Positions 44,353 through 58,222 are shown, counted from the first letter of the stretch. The stretch: DNA of 64,000 bases from an uncultured Methanosarcinaceae archaeon (GCA_963733675.1 CAVTET010000004.1:384001-448000); one strand, 5' to 3'. Notes: generated by a model from the sequence alone, not told the origin. Translations and numbers: made by a program.

Positions 44353-45441
44353 TTAGATCAATAAATCCTCAATCCATGTCTCTCTAACTATATAGATCGC
44401 TTTAGTCTTTTCTTCCGGAGTCAGTTGCCGTCTCAATTCGAGGTACTCAAATGCTTGATAGCAGGGGTGATACTGAAACATCAGGTTGAGCCGTACATGC
44501 GGGGTCTTTTTTGCGATCCATTCTGTGATCTGGCTTGTGCAACATTCCAGGTGGCCAGGGAGGACCAGATGGCGAATGAGGACTTCTGCAGTTTCATATG
44601 CGAATTCGAAGTTAGGTTGCATGACTTCAAGGTACCTTTTTATTTGTGAATATTTCTGGGCGCATAAGTTGTTTCCATATTTGAAATCTCCAAGGTAGAT
44701 GTCCACAATTCCTTCGAGAATTTTTGCAATGTCAGTAGAATGGTACATATTTGAGTTCCAGATGACAGGCGTGTTTACAAAGATTTCCCTGATTATTTTC
44801 AGGACAGTATGTGCGTGTGGGGTAGGAGTTACAAAGTTTACATTCCTTGCTCCGTGCATTCTTCTGAGGTCAATTAGCCTTGCAATTTTCCTGGGTTCAA
44901 TTAGGGTTCCTGCTTCAGGACAGGGGGAGATATCCCAGTTCTGGCAGTAGACGCAGGCAAAAGTACAGCCCGTAAAAAAGATGGTGTGAGAAGGTATAAG
45001 TTCTGGCTCTTCTCCCATGTACAAAAATTCGGATGCATAATTAGAAAGATCTGTCAGCCTGCAGAATCCTTTTTCCCCTATCTTTCTATTAACTCCACAA
45101 CTCCAGCCGCAGCAGTTGCAGTTCTCCAGAATCCTGTCCACTATTGCAACTTTTAGATCGAGAAGAGACGGGTTAGCTTTTGGGTGTTTCAGGAAAATCT
45201 CAGTAAGCAGTAGTAACCTATCCGAGGCATTTTTGTGAGCAAGGGCATTAATAGCTTCAAGCTCAAGCTTCTCACGAAGCTTTCAGTATTCTTCGATGCC
45301 TTTCTTATGAATTTCCTTGAGTTCTTCAAGCTGCATGCTAGGTTCGAACTGAACTTGAATTTATTCTGTTATTTTAAAGAGAGCAGGCATTTCATTTCTC
45401 TGCACCTTAAAGTAGCGTTTAAGATGCTTCGAAGCTTTCAT
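44353..45441 (-). pseudogene. pflX: PflX-like radical SAM protein with disrupted N-terminus
   Basis: GEEPELIPSHTIFFTGCTFACVYCQNWDIS, RHLVLPGH; from ATG 45441 the frame has several in-frame stops. Confidence 0.75.
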
Positions 45442-45537
45442 ATTTAAATATTATCCTGCTAGGTTAAAGGCTTATCTTGTCTTTCGAGGCTCCGACCCAG
45501 ATTGTTACTCCTAAAGTAACTACTCAGAAAATATAAT

Positions 45538-45688
45538 CTATCTCAAAACACGAACTATCCCTACAATCGGGTAATAGACAGTGTTAACTTTAAATCATAT
45601 AGACATTTATTTCAAAATTTGAGTATTAATAGACCTGTTAGTAAGATATATAATCTCAGTTGCATACTTGAGTTTAGTTTTGAGATAG
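45538..45688. mobile_element. 151-bp MITE
   Basis: Perfect 12-bp TIRs CTATCTCAAAAC / GTTTTGAGATAG. Confidence 0.65.
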
Positions 45689-46197
45689 CTTGATGTTTGC
45701 TATTTTTATTATCGTCTATATAATCTCGATTTGCAGAGCAAATACGGTAACTATTCAGTCTACCAAAAATATTTAATTGATATCGATTTTGACATCATAG
45801 ATATCTCTGATTACTAACTGATGAAAATAGAAAAGGCATAATCAACAGCTAATAATTGAAGAAAATCAGCTCACTGAAACTTGCCTATTGAGTTTAGTAG
45901 CGATGGCTATTATGCTAAAATGTAACAATCTAATACACTGTTTTTGCTATAAAACCATCGCATATTCATCTTTCAAAGAAGATATCATTTAGCGCACTTT
46001 TTTTGATGTGTAGATATCGCCAAGCTCATACTAATTAACCGCCATAGGCAGCGTCGCCTTGGTTATCGCCACCATCCTGATTACCATCGCAGGAACCATT
46101 ACAGCAGCATAGGTCCGGTCTTTAGCAAGGCATTTGTCCGTAGCCAGGGTATTGGCACATACCAAGCCATAGCCACTCCAGTCACCACATCCTCAGC

Positions 46198-46512
46198 TCA
46201 GCAGCCGCCACAGCCGCCATAGCCACTATATCCGGCCCAGCCACCCGGCCCCAGTCCACAGCCACCGCAGCCACCATAGCCGCCACAAACCGGCCAGCCC
46301 AAGCCAACCGGCCAGCCCCAGCCCCAGCCGCCACCGCAGCCGGCATATTCGGCCCAGCCGCCGCCCCAGGCGCCAAAGTCGTCACATCCGCCCCAGCCGC
46401 CAAAACCACCGTGACCATGACCATGATGACCTTCACGTTCTGAACTCGCTGCTGCTGCAGTCAACGATACTACAAAAAGGACTGACAGCAAAACTGCAAG
46501 TACCTTTTTCAT
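46198..46512 (-). CDS. Secreted Gly/Trp/Cys/His-rich low-complexity protein (probably truncated)
   Basis: Signal peptide MKKVLAVLLSVLFVVSLTAAAASS, then GHHGHGH, GGWGWGWP, GGYGGCGGC repeats; similar coding signal continues to 46035. Confidence 0.8.
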   Translation of the reverse strand: MKKVLAVLLSVLFVVSLTAAAASSEREGHHGHGHGGFGGWGGCDDFGAWGGGWAEYAGCGGGWGWGWPVGLGWPVCGGYGGCGGCGLGPGGWAGYSGYGGCGGC

Positions 46513-47112
46513 TCCAAGTTTCAACATTTGTTTACACTCCCATTTAATTTAATACACTTTTTATGTGATGCAACTATTATGATACATATTTTAGGGACAT
46601 ACTTTTCAAACTGTTACTTTTTCAATACATTTCACATCGGCAGATATACTGTGGAAATATTATTTAACTAACTAGTATTTCACCAACCGGTTCACAAACG
46701 AATATTGTAATCAGCTAGTTCAGCTTTAGTTCTTAAAGACTGATATATTACTTAATAATAAAGTCAGCTCATTTGCCGATAGAAATTATTTTCAATTATA
46801 TTATCAGATTATTTATATCCAAACTATATAATTTATAGAGAAAGTATAATTATGAATATATATTTCTAACCAAATATAGGAATGAATGATTACCATAAAT
46901 TAACAACTTTTAATAATTCGTAGGGAATTTTTATAAACCCATATATTTCATCCTAAACTTATGAAAGTATATACCTGATTCCTGAAAAATCAGTGGTTTA
47001 GAAGCATGTAAAGATGAACCATGGTGAAATTTTGATAATTCTTTACAAAAGAATTTTCAATTACTAAACTTCGAAATTGAATGGCTTGAGAGCTTGCTTA
47101 TACATAGTTTAT

Positions 47113-47412
47113 GGTTCCGTTGCAAAAAATCTGGCTATTTTACAAAACAAGTAAGAAACATCACAAATAAGATATTTATATGCCATAAACAGGTCAATAA
47201 TGATACAAAAAGCAATAGTTATAACCTAAAAAGGCAGTAAAATTATTTTTGCAACAGTATAATCTAAATTACTCTGTTCCCAATGAAGTCAAATACATTA
47301 GTCACTTGTTTGGTATAGTTTTATAATGTTAGTACACTTTCCTTGAATATTTTGATTTTTATTAATTACTTATAGATTTACGTGATAATTTTGAAATTTT
47401 TGCAACGGAACC
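47113..47412. mobile_element. Chimera of an IS6-derived 150-bp MITE and an IS6 right-end fragment
   Basis: 47113-47257 matches the reverse complement of MITE 58073-58222; 47259-47412 matches the IS6 3' end; both outer TIRs are canonical. Confidence 0.85.
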
Positions 47413-47887
47413 CTATTAAGTTCCTGATTAATAGTCTAAGCTTTGCTTTTGCTTCACTCCTACATGTTACAAAGCCAATGATACTGGCGATTTTCTCGAA
47501 TATATCGTAAGGATTGCGTTTTTTAATCATTTTGAGAATTCCTATTTTCTTCGTGAGAATTCTGTTTGAATCTTTCCCGCTAATTTCTGTATTTGATTCG
47601 ATTTTTTCTGTTCATTATCCGTAGATTTCTAAAATATGTTTGGCTATCCTCAACCTAGTGAGAATATAGATAAACTTTGGTTTCCACAAGCCGATTATAT
47701 ACAATTTATAAGCATCGGACGAGATTTAGAGGTTTATCGAATCCTCTATACTAATATGTCACTTTTGTATGTTTTCTATAAACCTATAAAATGTAAATTT
47801 CGATGAATGGATAATTATAGTAGTTATTTTAAAGTTAACAGATTCCTTAATCAAGTACAAATGATGTACGATGTACTTTTTAATTTT

Positions 47888-48814
47888 TCAACCGTGAACT
47901 CCGATATTTAAAACCTCAGTCCCCTTCTCCAGCTTTCCAAAATTGACTTCGTAACGAATTTTCATTTCTCCCCATATTTGAAGCCCCGTCTGACAGCCCC
48001 GTGTCTGTACGACAAAAGAAGCTACAGTTGATCCAACTTTTCCGCATGTTGGCAGAGAGTATCCTCTAGTAAAAGCTAGCAAGAACCCTGCTCTGTAAGC
48101 ATCTCCTGCCCCTGTTGGGTCCACGACTTCAACAGAAATCACTGGAATTGAGAATTCCTCTTTACATGTGTAAATTCTGCTGCCCTTAGCATCACATGTA
48201 ACTACGATGATGTCAATCCTGGCTTTGAGTTCAGAGAAGCTTTTTCCGGTAATCTCCAAGATTCTCTTGATTTCATGTCTGTTAGCAAAGAGGATATTAG
48301 TGTAAGCAAGAATGAGTTCAAGTTTCTCTTTTGAATATGTAACAATGTCCTGGCCCGGGTCAAAAGATACGAAATCGGCTAGTTGTGCGATTTTTGCGTT
48401 GTAGACGGAATCTGCAGTTGCTAAATGGACAAAATCCACAGGTATGGGTTCAAGTTCTTTGAATTTTGAAGAAGCTCCCCAGTAGAAATAAGTTGTTTGG
48501 TTGTCCTCTCTATCCGTAAAAATAAACGCCTTGGAAATTTTTCGGTCTTCAAGCCTGTAGAGGCGGGAGATATCAACGTGTGAATCTATTAAAAGTTTTT
48601 CATATCCTGAACTTGCAAAATCCGTACCCACAGGAGAAATTAGTTGGCTTTTTCCTCCCAGTCTTGCGATGGCAATTGCAATGTTGGCAGCTCCTCCACC
48701 AGGGTATTCTTCGTAATCAATGATAGGAGAAGATTCGTTTTTTCCTGCCATTTTTTCAACAGTTACGATGTAATCAAGAGCAGTATGCCCAACGATGGAA
48801 ATTACTCGGTCCAT
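47888..48814 (-). CDS. PfkB-family carbohydrate/nucleoside kinase
   Basis: PGGGAANIA, SFDPGQ, NRHE, VDPTGAGDAYRAGF. Confidence 0.9.
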   Translation of the reverse strand: MDRVISIVGHTALDYIVTVEKMAGKNESSPIIDYEEYPGGGAANIAIAIARLGGKSQLISPVGTDFASSGYEKLLIDSHVDISRLYRLEDRKISKAFIFTDREDNQTTYFYWGASSKFKELEPIPVDFVHLATADSVYNAKIAQLADFVSFDPGQDIVTYSKEKLELILAYTNILFANRHEIKRILEITGKSFSELKARIDIIVVTCDAKGSRIYTCKEEFSIPVISVEVVDPTGAGDAYRAGFLLAFTRGYSLPTCGKVGSTVASFVVQTRGCQTGLQIWGEMKIRYEVNFGKLEKGTEVLNIGVHG

Positions 48815-48902
48815 GTAGTATCCTCCTGTTTCAGGGGTCTATTTTTCTGAATTTCATTTGTACTCTGTTAAGGAATCTGCTAACTTTAAAATGACTTTGC
48901 AA

Positions 48903-49920
48903 TTAGTCATTCATTGCAAATACGTCCATTTTAGTCAGGGAAATTTTCGTATACCCATTGAGAGCGATTGCTTTTTTCATGAGAGGTAGTTCAAACCACC
49001 CGCATCTTCTGTTCCTACCGGTAGTTGTTCCGAATTCGTACCCAGTTTTCTGTATCCTTTCTCCTAGTTCCCCTGTAAACTCTGTAAGTAGTGGGCCTAC
49101 CCCTACTCTTGTAATATAAGCTTTCACTATAGCTATCACATTGTCCACTCTTGTAAGGCCTACTCCAAAGGTTGGCACAGGCAGAGCCTTCGACTGTAGA
49201 GGAAGAGGTTACGAATTTTTTGGTTCCATGTATGATAATCTAGATGAGTACACTGAGCAGCTTCAGCCATTACATGCTTTCCTTCATCAAGAGCCTCGTT
49301 TATTTTCATTGAAACATCTGTGATATAAGTTGCAAACTGCCTGCCAAGTCCAATATATCTTTCTATGAGAGTAGAGTCCATAACTATCTTCGGATCTACC
49401 CCCATTTCTGCGATTTCTCTTTTCTTTTATGGGGCAAGTTCCTGAAGTCTTGTTAAAAAACGTTTACTGTCTATAAGCTCAGCCATGCGGATCTCGTCCC
49501 GTGCTATTTTATCTATGTGTGCGTAGCCGGTCCACGTTTTGTAGCCCCTATTTTCTGTTTCCTAGACGATTCTCTTGACCCACCCAATTAGATATAAGTA
49601 GAGCATAATTATACTGATTTTAGCATCTATGCCGAGTTTTCTGGCATCTATCTCTATACCATGCTTCTCAAATATCATGATTTCTTCAGCTAGAACCTCC
49701 TAATTTAGGGTAACTCCAGGCCCAATCAGGACTCTGGCATTAAGCAGAATACTGAAGGGAGAAGGTATAGTTTGTAGATATTGTCTCCTTCCTGGACCGT
49801 ATGACCAGTGTTGTTTCCTCCCTGAAGACGGGTAACAATGTCGTAATCTTTTGCGATCAGGTCGACAATTTTGTATTTTCCCTCGTCACCAAACTACACA
49901 CCTGTGATTATTGTAAACAT
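48903..49920 (-). pseudogene. purA: Adenylosuccinate synthetase pseudogene
   Basis: [55 protein letters not shown]; stops, frameshifts and a missing C-terminus. Confidence 0.92.
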
Positions 49921-49974
49921 AAAGCTCCGTATGAAAAGAGCCCGAGAGTTTTTCCCTACAATAATTTACCTTGT

Positions 49975-51171
49975 TTAGAAAGTACTCAAATCGCCTTTGA
50001 TCACCATTTCAGTGATCTTCGTCACATCTGAAAACCAATCATCGATTACAACTTCAGCTTCCGCTTTAACCTTTTCAAAAGAGGTACCTTCTTTAGGAAT
50101 AATCTGAGCGCTTGCCACAAGTGGCTTGTCAATGGGTTTTCCTATTTGGGAAAGCAGTCTAACATAGACTTCCTGTACATCTGACACTTTTTTTACAATA
50201 TCACGGGAGATCTGAGTCGATAGAAGGTTGTAGATTTTCCCTACATGGTTGATCGGATTCTTCCCGCTCGTGGCTTCCATACTCATAGGCCTGTTTGGTG
50301 TTATCAAGCCATTACAGCGATTTCCGCGCCCAACGGAACCATCATCTCCCATTTCAGCTGAAGTTCCAGTAACTGTAAGGAAGACGTTGCCTTTTTCCAA
50401 ATCATCTCCTGCGTTAATGAAGACTTTCACATCTCGTTCAGTGTAACGAGTTGCAAGTTCCCCTACATAATCCTTCATCTCGTCAGTGATACTCATATAA
50501 CTGTTCAAATCGTCGATATATTTTCCAATCATGCCACTGCATATTGTAAGGGTTATACCTTCCCCATCCCTCGATCCCATGACCTTCATATCCTCCCCGA
50601 TGCCAGGAATGCGTGATTTCAGGTCTGTGAGAAGTTGTCTTTCTGTATTGTAGACAAGATGTTCAAGCTCAGAAAAAGGAGCATGGCCAACACCGAAAGA
50701 AGTATCATTTGCAGCCGGGACCCTATCTCTTATGAATACATCACGCAGGTCTGAGGACCCTGTTCCAAGTTTGCAGTCCATAACTATATCTCGATCAAGG
50801 TCAAGATTCACAAGAGTATTCTTAAGATATCTCCTGCCAGCTTGAATGGCTACAGCCTCAGTAGCAAGTTCGACACCTTCGAACTCTTTTGTGGCTCTGC
50901 CCACCAGTAAAATATATATTGGTTGCAGTATTTCCCCACCCCCGAATCTTGGACATGACCTTCCAGCTACAATCTGAGTTTCATCGGTGTTGTGGTGGAG
51001 TACCGCCCCACATTTGCTGATGTATTCCTGGCATAGAGCGTGGCTTACGGCTTCGGCCAATCCGTCTGATATGCTGTCAGGATGCCCGATCCCTTTGCGT
51101 TCTACAAGCTCTATTAGTTGTTTCTCGATAGGGGTTTGTAAGAGCTCTTCCACTTTAATATTTCGAGTCAT
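49975..51171 (-). CDS. mat: Archaeal S-adenosylmethionine synthetase
   Basis: [51 protein letters not shown]. Confidence 0.97.
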   Translation of the reverse strand: MTRNIKVEELLQTPIEKQLIELVERKGIGHPDSISDGLAEAVSHALCQEYISKCGAVLHHNTDETQIVAGRSCPRFGGGEILQPIYILLVGRATKEFEGVELATEAVAIQAGRRYLKNTLVNLDLDRDIVMDCKLGTGSSDLRDVFIRDRVPAANDTSFGVGHAPFSELEHLVYNTERQLLTDLKSRIPGIGEDMKVMGSRDGEGITLTICSGMIGKYIDDLNSYMSITDEMKDYVGELATRYTERDVKVFINAGDDLEKGNVFLTVTGTSAEMGDDGSVGRGNRCNGLITPNRPMSMEATSGKNPINHVGKIYNLLSTQISRDIVKKVSDVQEVYVRLLSQIGKPIDKPLVASAQIIPKEGTSFEKVKAEAEVVIDDWFSDVTKITEMVIKGDLSTF

Positions 51172-51532
51172 TTGGATCAACTTTTTATAAAGTTAACAAT
51201 AATTTTATTATTAGAGTATTTTAAAATATTATTTTACTTTATTTGTAACTATCCAGTCTACCAAAACTAGATCTGTTGACTTCATTTTAATATGCATAGA
51301 TTAAATGACCATTGCCCAACAATTAAAGAAAATTAGCTCACTAAAATTAGCCAACTGAATCTTAATAAAGATGACGATTAACATTTTTTTATCCAGGCTG
51401 AATAATTGCCTTTATTTTAGAATTGAAGTGCATCATACATTTTCACGTTTCAGAGATAGAAATATATCCATAGTTACTGCATAAAATGCACCGGAAAATT
51501 ACTAAAAATATTTATACTTTTTTGTTCCTAAA

Positions 51533-52686
<1,154 letters not shown>

Positions 52687-53981
52687 GGCAATCCCATAAT
52701 ATTAGGTAAACAGTTAAATTCAATTGCATTAAATATGAATGTTATTTGGAATATCGTTTCTAAGTTTACTGTTGGTACCAAAATTTAATAGAAGTATACT
52801 TTTTATACTACTTAAATGAGCTTTATGCTCCTGATTTTTTCATATTACTAAAAGTTCAATTTTGCATTTTTTAATTTTTTATATTTTTATTCCAAAATGA
52901 ATCCTGTGCCAATACGATGCAATTTTTGAGAGATACTATACAAATTAGTAACCTTTGTCAAATTGGAATTGTTACTTTCACTGAAGAACACCTTTAAAAA
53001 CTAGTCTAAATATTTTTGTTTGTTTCTGTCATACGTACAAATTTCACCCAAATTATACAGTAAGTAATAACTTATATGTTATAAATTACTACTTGTTAAT
53101 ATTTATGGGTTTTGAAAATTGGAAGATATATATAAATATATTTCATAAAGTATGATCGCGCTTCAAGTCGTAGTATTTCTCATATAATTCAAAGTTCTAT
53201 CTTATTTTTTGATGAAATACTTTAGTAATTATTGCAATCTTTTAGAATTAAGATATATATATATAATATTATTTTTCCCCATAACAGTACCAATTTTAGG
53301 TTATTTATGTGATATTCTCGGAGAAAAATTGGTAACGTATAAAGTTGGTGAAAAAGAGAAGTTTTTAAATTAAAATTCTAATTTAAAAGCCACAATTTAA
53401 CATTCATAGATTTACAGAAAAATGAACAAAAGCAATACGTTTACAATAGATTGTATTTCAACCAAATATAATCGATGCCCACTTTCTGCAACGTTCTCAA
53501 CAAAATAATCGCTTTTATACATCGTTTTTTATGATAATGTCGTGGTTATTTAAAAATATATTTTAGAAAGCTTTCTCAATTTTTGACTTTTTTGCTCCCA
53601 ATGAGATTTTCCAACCCTATTTCCCGAGGCCCCAGTCAAGATGATAACCGAAGATTTTAAACTATTTTTCCAAAAAAATAACATGAAAAATGTTATTTTT
53701 TGAGAGCATCTTTTAAAGTTGGCTAAAATTTTCCAAATAATCATATACGAGTAGATGATAACTTATTATTGTGTGCATCTAATTATACACTTACGACTCA
53801 CGCAGCTAAGCTGAAAAATAGATAGCCGTAAATATTTAATTATTTAAAACATAAATTGAAACAAAAGTATCTATTACGCTTGATTTTGTATCTCAAGTAT
53901 ATAAATCCTCCATGGATATATTTTTTAATATGATAACATTCTAATTTATAAGTGACGCCATAGTAAAAAAGGGATTGTCAG

Positions 53982-54905
53982 ATGAAAGATAACCAAGCTA
54001 GCTTTACTGCAATGATGGTAGCCTACATGCGTGCTTATCATGCCATGCACGATACTCCAAAAATTTTTGATGACTTTCTAGCCTATGATTTGATACCAGA
54101 GGAAAAAAGATTGACAATTGAACAACATTTGGTTGAATTTTATTTGAATTTGAATAAAGAATTAAATGATTCTAAGCATGCTACTTCGCTCTACGACCAG
54201 ATTACTGCTTCGACACACTTTATGCAAGCGATTAATAATATAATAAGCCGTGCAAGATATACGGAAGAAACTCTCGAGAAGACTGTCAGACAGGGAGTAA
54301 AGCAGTATATAATTCTTGGGGCAGGAATGGATACATTTGCGTTTCGCCGCCCTGAGATGTTGGAAGAATTGGAAGTATTTGAGATTGACCACCCTGCCAC
54401 ACAAGAATTTAAGCTTAATAGACTTACAGAGTTAGGGTGGAAACATCCAGCAAAATTACACTTCATTCCTATAGATTTCACAAAGGAAAGTTTAGTAACG
54501 GCACTAACTCGGTCATCATCTTATGACCCAAATGTTAAAAGCTTCTTTAGCTGGTTTGGTGTCACCCCTTATTTGACCCAAGAAGAGGTGTTTGCAACAC
54601 TACGTTCCATTTCTGAGGTTACCTCTGCTAGCAGCACTGTAGCTTTCGATTATTTTGATACCGATGCATTTGTTCCTGAAAAATTGTCTCCACAAAGGCA
54701 AAAAACATTGGACTTTTTGCAAAAAATAGGTGAACAAATGAAACACGATGGCTTCAATCCAGCAAGCTTAGCTGAAGATCTCACAGCTTTAGGATTCCGT
54801 CTTCACGAAAATTTGAGCCCAGCAGACATCGAAGAACGCTACTTACAAGAACGCCCGGATGGACATCTTGAGTATGTGCACTTTGCATGTGCGGTTACTG
54901 AATAA
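53982..54905 (+). CDS. SAM-dependent methyltransferase (LCM/YktD-like family)
   Basis: TAMMVAYMRA, SRARYTE, QYIILGAGMDT, FEIDHPATQ, WFGVTPYL. Confidence 0.9.
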   Translation: MKDNQASFTAMMVAYMRAYHAMHDTPKIFDDFLAYDLIPEEKRLTIEQHLVEFYLNLNKELNDSKHATSLYDQITASTHFMQAINNIISRARYTEETLEKTVRQGVKQYIILGAGMDTFAFRRPEMLEELEVFEIDHPATQEFKLNRLTELGWKHPAKLHFIPIDFTKESLVTALTRSSSYDPNVKSFFSWFGVTPYLTQEEVFATLRSISEVTSASSTVAFDYFDTDAFVPEKLSPQRQKTLDFLQKIGEQMKHDGFNPASLAEDLTALGFRLHENLSPADIEERYLQERPDGHLEYVHFACAVTE

Positions 54906-54922
54906 TTAGGCACATAATATAT

Positions 54923-55774
54923 GGTTCCGTTGCAAAAATCCTTTCTAATGATACAATAGAATAAAAAGAAAACCAAAGATAGTAATATGCTATCTAATTC
55001 CTTTAAATGGAAGCATTATGAAGGAGAAATTATCCTATTAAATTTAAGATGGTACTTAAAATATCCATTGAGCTATAGAAATTTAAAGGAAATGATGATA
55101 GAAAGAGGAATTCAAGTTGATCACAGTACTATAATGAGATGGGTGCATCAATATTTCCCTGAGATAGAAAAAAAGATAAGAAGACATTTAAAACTAACAA
55201 ACTATTCGTGGAAAGTTGATGAAACCTATATCAAAATAAAAGGTAAATGGAAATATTTTTACTGAGCAGTTGACTCAAATGGAGATACAATTGATTTCAT
55301 GTTAAGTGCAAAACGAGATAGAAAAGCAGCAAAAAGATTCTTTAAGAAAGCTTTGAGTTCTAATCATAACCAAATTCCAAGAGTAATAACAGTTGATAAG
55401 AATCCAGCTTATCCACCTGCTATAGGTAAACTGAAAAATGATAAAATACTACCTAAAAACGTAGGCATTAGACAAATCAAGTATTTGAATAACATTATAG
55501 AACAAGATCATAGATCTATAAAGCGAATCGTTAATCCAATGTTAGGATTTCAGTCTTTTCAATCTGCTAATAAGACTTTAAAAGGAATTGAAGCTATGAA
55601 TATGATCAAAAAAAACAAGTCAATAATCTAAATTACTCTATTCTTAATGAAATCAAATACATTAATAAATTGTTTGGTATAGTTTTATAATGTTAGTACA
55701 TTTCCTTGAATATTTTGATTTTTATTTATTACTTATAGATTTACATATTTTTTTGAATTTTTTGCAACGGAACC
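54923..55774 (+). mobile_element. IS6-family element copy 3 (transposase pseudogene)
   Basis: Both TIRs present; CGA>TGA at 55263 and a frameshift near 55615. Confidence 0.95.
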
Positions 55775-56446
55775 TCAGAATCTACGATACATAGATTTAG
55801 ACCCAAAAACTCTGCATAATTAAAATATAGTGTCTTTTAAAGAAAAAAAATAGTATTTCTAGTAAACGGATATCTAATACATGCTCATTTGCAGTATGAC
55901 GGAGCAGGTGGTATGGGTTCGAACTTTGAAAAAATAGATTATTATAGGACTCTAACTTCATAATAAATTAGATATTGATGTTACTGCTGACGATGCACAC
56001 ATCAACAGTATTTACCCCATTCTGGGAAAACTATTTTTCTGTCCCCCAAATAGTGTTAGTTTTACTACTTTACATATTTTTTCATAATGTTCTAGGTATT
56101 CTAAGTATGATTGTAGTTTAGTTTAATTAGTTCCAAATGTTCAGGAGCCCTAGATTTTCTATGAGTCCCATAAGCTTCAGGAGTCATAGAGCAGTAACCC
56201 TTTCTTATTTCAAATGGAACTAGGAAATTTCGAGATTTTAAGATAAACATTGTGCATAAGATTATGCCATTTTAAAAATATTGCTTTAAAGTGTAGATCG
56301 ATAAGAATTTCAATAAACCGATTTTTTAATAAACAATTTATATATTATCCATAGTATAGAACTAATTTATGGGTTCATAGTAATCTGCTATATAATCTAT
56401 TACAATAACTCATGGGCATAACTAAGAATCTATAGGTTTTAAAATA

Positions 56447-56652
56447 TGGAAAATTGAATAAACAAAGATGCAAAAATACTTGTTTACTGCTTTAGTAGAA
56501 ACAGAAGTTCTGTTGCAAGTCAAATGTTGGTACAGTCAGGTTACAAAAGAGTCTATAATATGCAAAGCGGTATCATAAAATGGGTAAATGCAAGGTATCC
56601 AGTTGTAATTGACCCTATATTTTGGACAATTAATTATCCAAATGTAGTGTAA
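56447..56652 (+). pseudogene. Rhodanese-domain fragment
   Basis: NKDAKILVYC...MLVQSGYKRVYNMQSGIIKWVNARYPV. Confidence 0.65.
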
Positions 56653-57631
56653 TAAAGTATTGATAGTTGGTTAAGCTATAATTTCCAGGACAGATTTTTG
56701 GCAGCTCATTTAATTAATTTGTTGAGCTGATCACAAAACAATTGGGCATTGTACCTAAAGTTCTGCAAATTTTTATTGGCTCTATTTCTTTTTCTTTCCC
56801 TTATCACAAAAATTTAGTTCTGTATCAACTAAATAGGATGAAATTACTACATTGGAAAGTTCTTTCACCAAAAAATAGGATTAATCGTTTTGCTGATATG
56901 GAAATCTTCATACAATGCATGTGCATCTTAGGGTTAAGATAATTCAAATATTTGGACCAAAATAGAAACCAGTATTAAAATCAACAGTCTCAATATTCAT
57001 CGGTATAAATGATAACTTGATAACAGGAAACAAATAGGTGAATTAATTCCAAGTGTTCCCTCGGTTCCATATGTTCTAGAAGTACCAGAAGCTCCATGAG
57101 AAATAAATCAATACATTTTTTATTTTTTGTGGAATTTCAAAGATGAAGAGATTTTAGCCACAAAATCTGTGTATTTAAAAATTATTGATTTGATTAGACT
57201 CGCGAGCTAATAAAAAACATTATTAATATTTAATTGTTTTTTAATTGTAAAAAATATTATACGGGATTATTTTTTGGTTATAAACTATTTTTCATAGAAT
57301 TAATTTAAAATAATTACAAAGATAATTGTATACTGTACCACAATACGACATAACGAGTTGATCGAAAAAAAAATCAGAAATGGAAAAATTGAATTATGTG
57401 GAAGATGTCGGTCTTATTTTGAATTAAATATACTACTGGAGTATAATATTCAAAGTGACTGTATAGGGTAACGGTAGAGCCAGCTCTTCCACTAATCCAT
57501 CAAATCTTTTTAATGTGTTGATTTGGTATAATGTATAATTTGAATCAAAAATAAGCATATGACAAGGTAATCAAAATTTTTCAAACTTCGCAGGATTTAC
57601 CCAATTTTTTAGATAGCTTTTAGGCCAAAAA

Positions 57632-58021
57632 ATGAAATTTGTAGCAGGGGAGAGTACATTAGGAAAAGAAAAGGGAGAAAAAGAAATGGGCAACGATGAT
57701 GATATATTAAAGTCAAGAAGTAAAGAGAAAATAATTAAGGAAGCAGAACCTAATGTTACAATCGAAAAAGTGACAAAATTAACGAAAAAAGCATTGGAAC
57801 AAAAAACAGCGAGTGATATACTTACTTTTGTACAGAATTTGGATGATTTTGAGGAAGCTGATATCTTCTTAACACTATACATTAAGGCATTAAACAATAC
57901 ACTTGCATCCAATAAGGAAAATTATAGAATAGATGAAAATGGGGTAAGAAAAATAATCGCTGAAACAGACGGAAGATTCGTATATGGGGAAGAAATATGT
58001 GGGGGATGTGAAGAAGAATAA
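57632..58021 (+). CDS. Hypothetical charged protein
   Basis: Open 129-codon purine-rich frame; no recognisable motif; true start may be MGNDDD. Confidence 0.45.
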   Translation: MKFVAGESTLGKEKGEKEMGNDDDILKSRSKEKIIKEAEPNVTIEKVTKLTKKALEQKTASDILTFVQNLDDFEEADIFLTLYIKALNNTLASNKENYRIDENGVRKIIAETDGRFVYGEEICGGCEEE

Positions 58022-58072
58022 AGAAATGAATGAATTATAACCACATTATCTGCTGAATATAATGGATTTACA

Positions 58073-58222
58073 GGTTCTGTTGCAAAAATAATTTTACTGC
58101 CTTTTGGGGCTAGACTTATTGTTTTTTTGTATCATTATTGATCTGTTTAGAGCATATAAATATCTCATTTGTGATGTTTTTCACTGGTTTTGTAAAGTAG
58201 CCAGATTTTTTGCAACAGAACC
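58073..58222. mobile_element. 150-bp IS6-derived MITE
   Basis: TIRs GGTTCTGTTGCAAAAA / TTTTTGCAACAGAACC, near-identical to the IS6 ends; non-coding. Confidence 0.88.

Noticed and set aside
46190-46200. TGA codons in the Cys-rich gene as selenocysteine
   Set aside because: The two TGAs are in different frames, fit TGG>TGA decay, and no SECIS is evident
44353-46527. Radical SAM plus Cys-rich peptide as a RiPP cluster
   Set aside because: The enzyme is PflX-like with no SPASM/RRE domain and a disrupted N-terminus, and the peptide has a Sec-type signal
49894-49896. TAG in purA as pyrrolysine
   Set aside because: It sits at the conserved Gln position (CAG>TAG) in a gene with many frameshifts
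48903-49920. purA paralog as PurZ (2-aminoadenine synthesis)
   Set aside because: The N-terminal motif is FGDEGK with the PurA Asp, not the PurZ Ser, and the gene is broken
56150-56435. Cluster of TATG-N-CATA quasi-palindromes as regulator sites
   Set aside because: Spacer lengths vary and the region is AT-rich, so it cannot be distinguished from chance by eye
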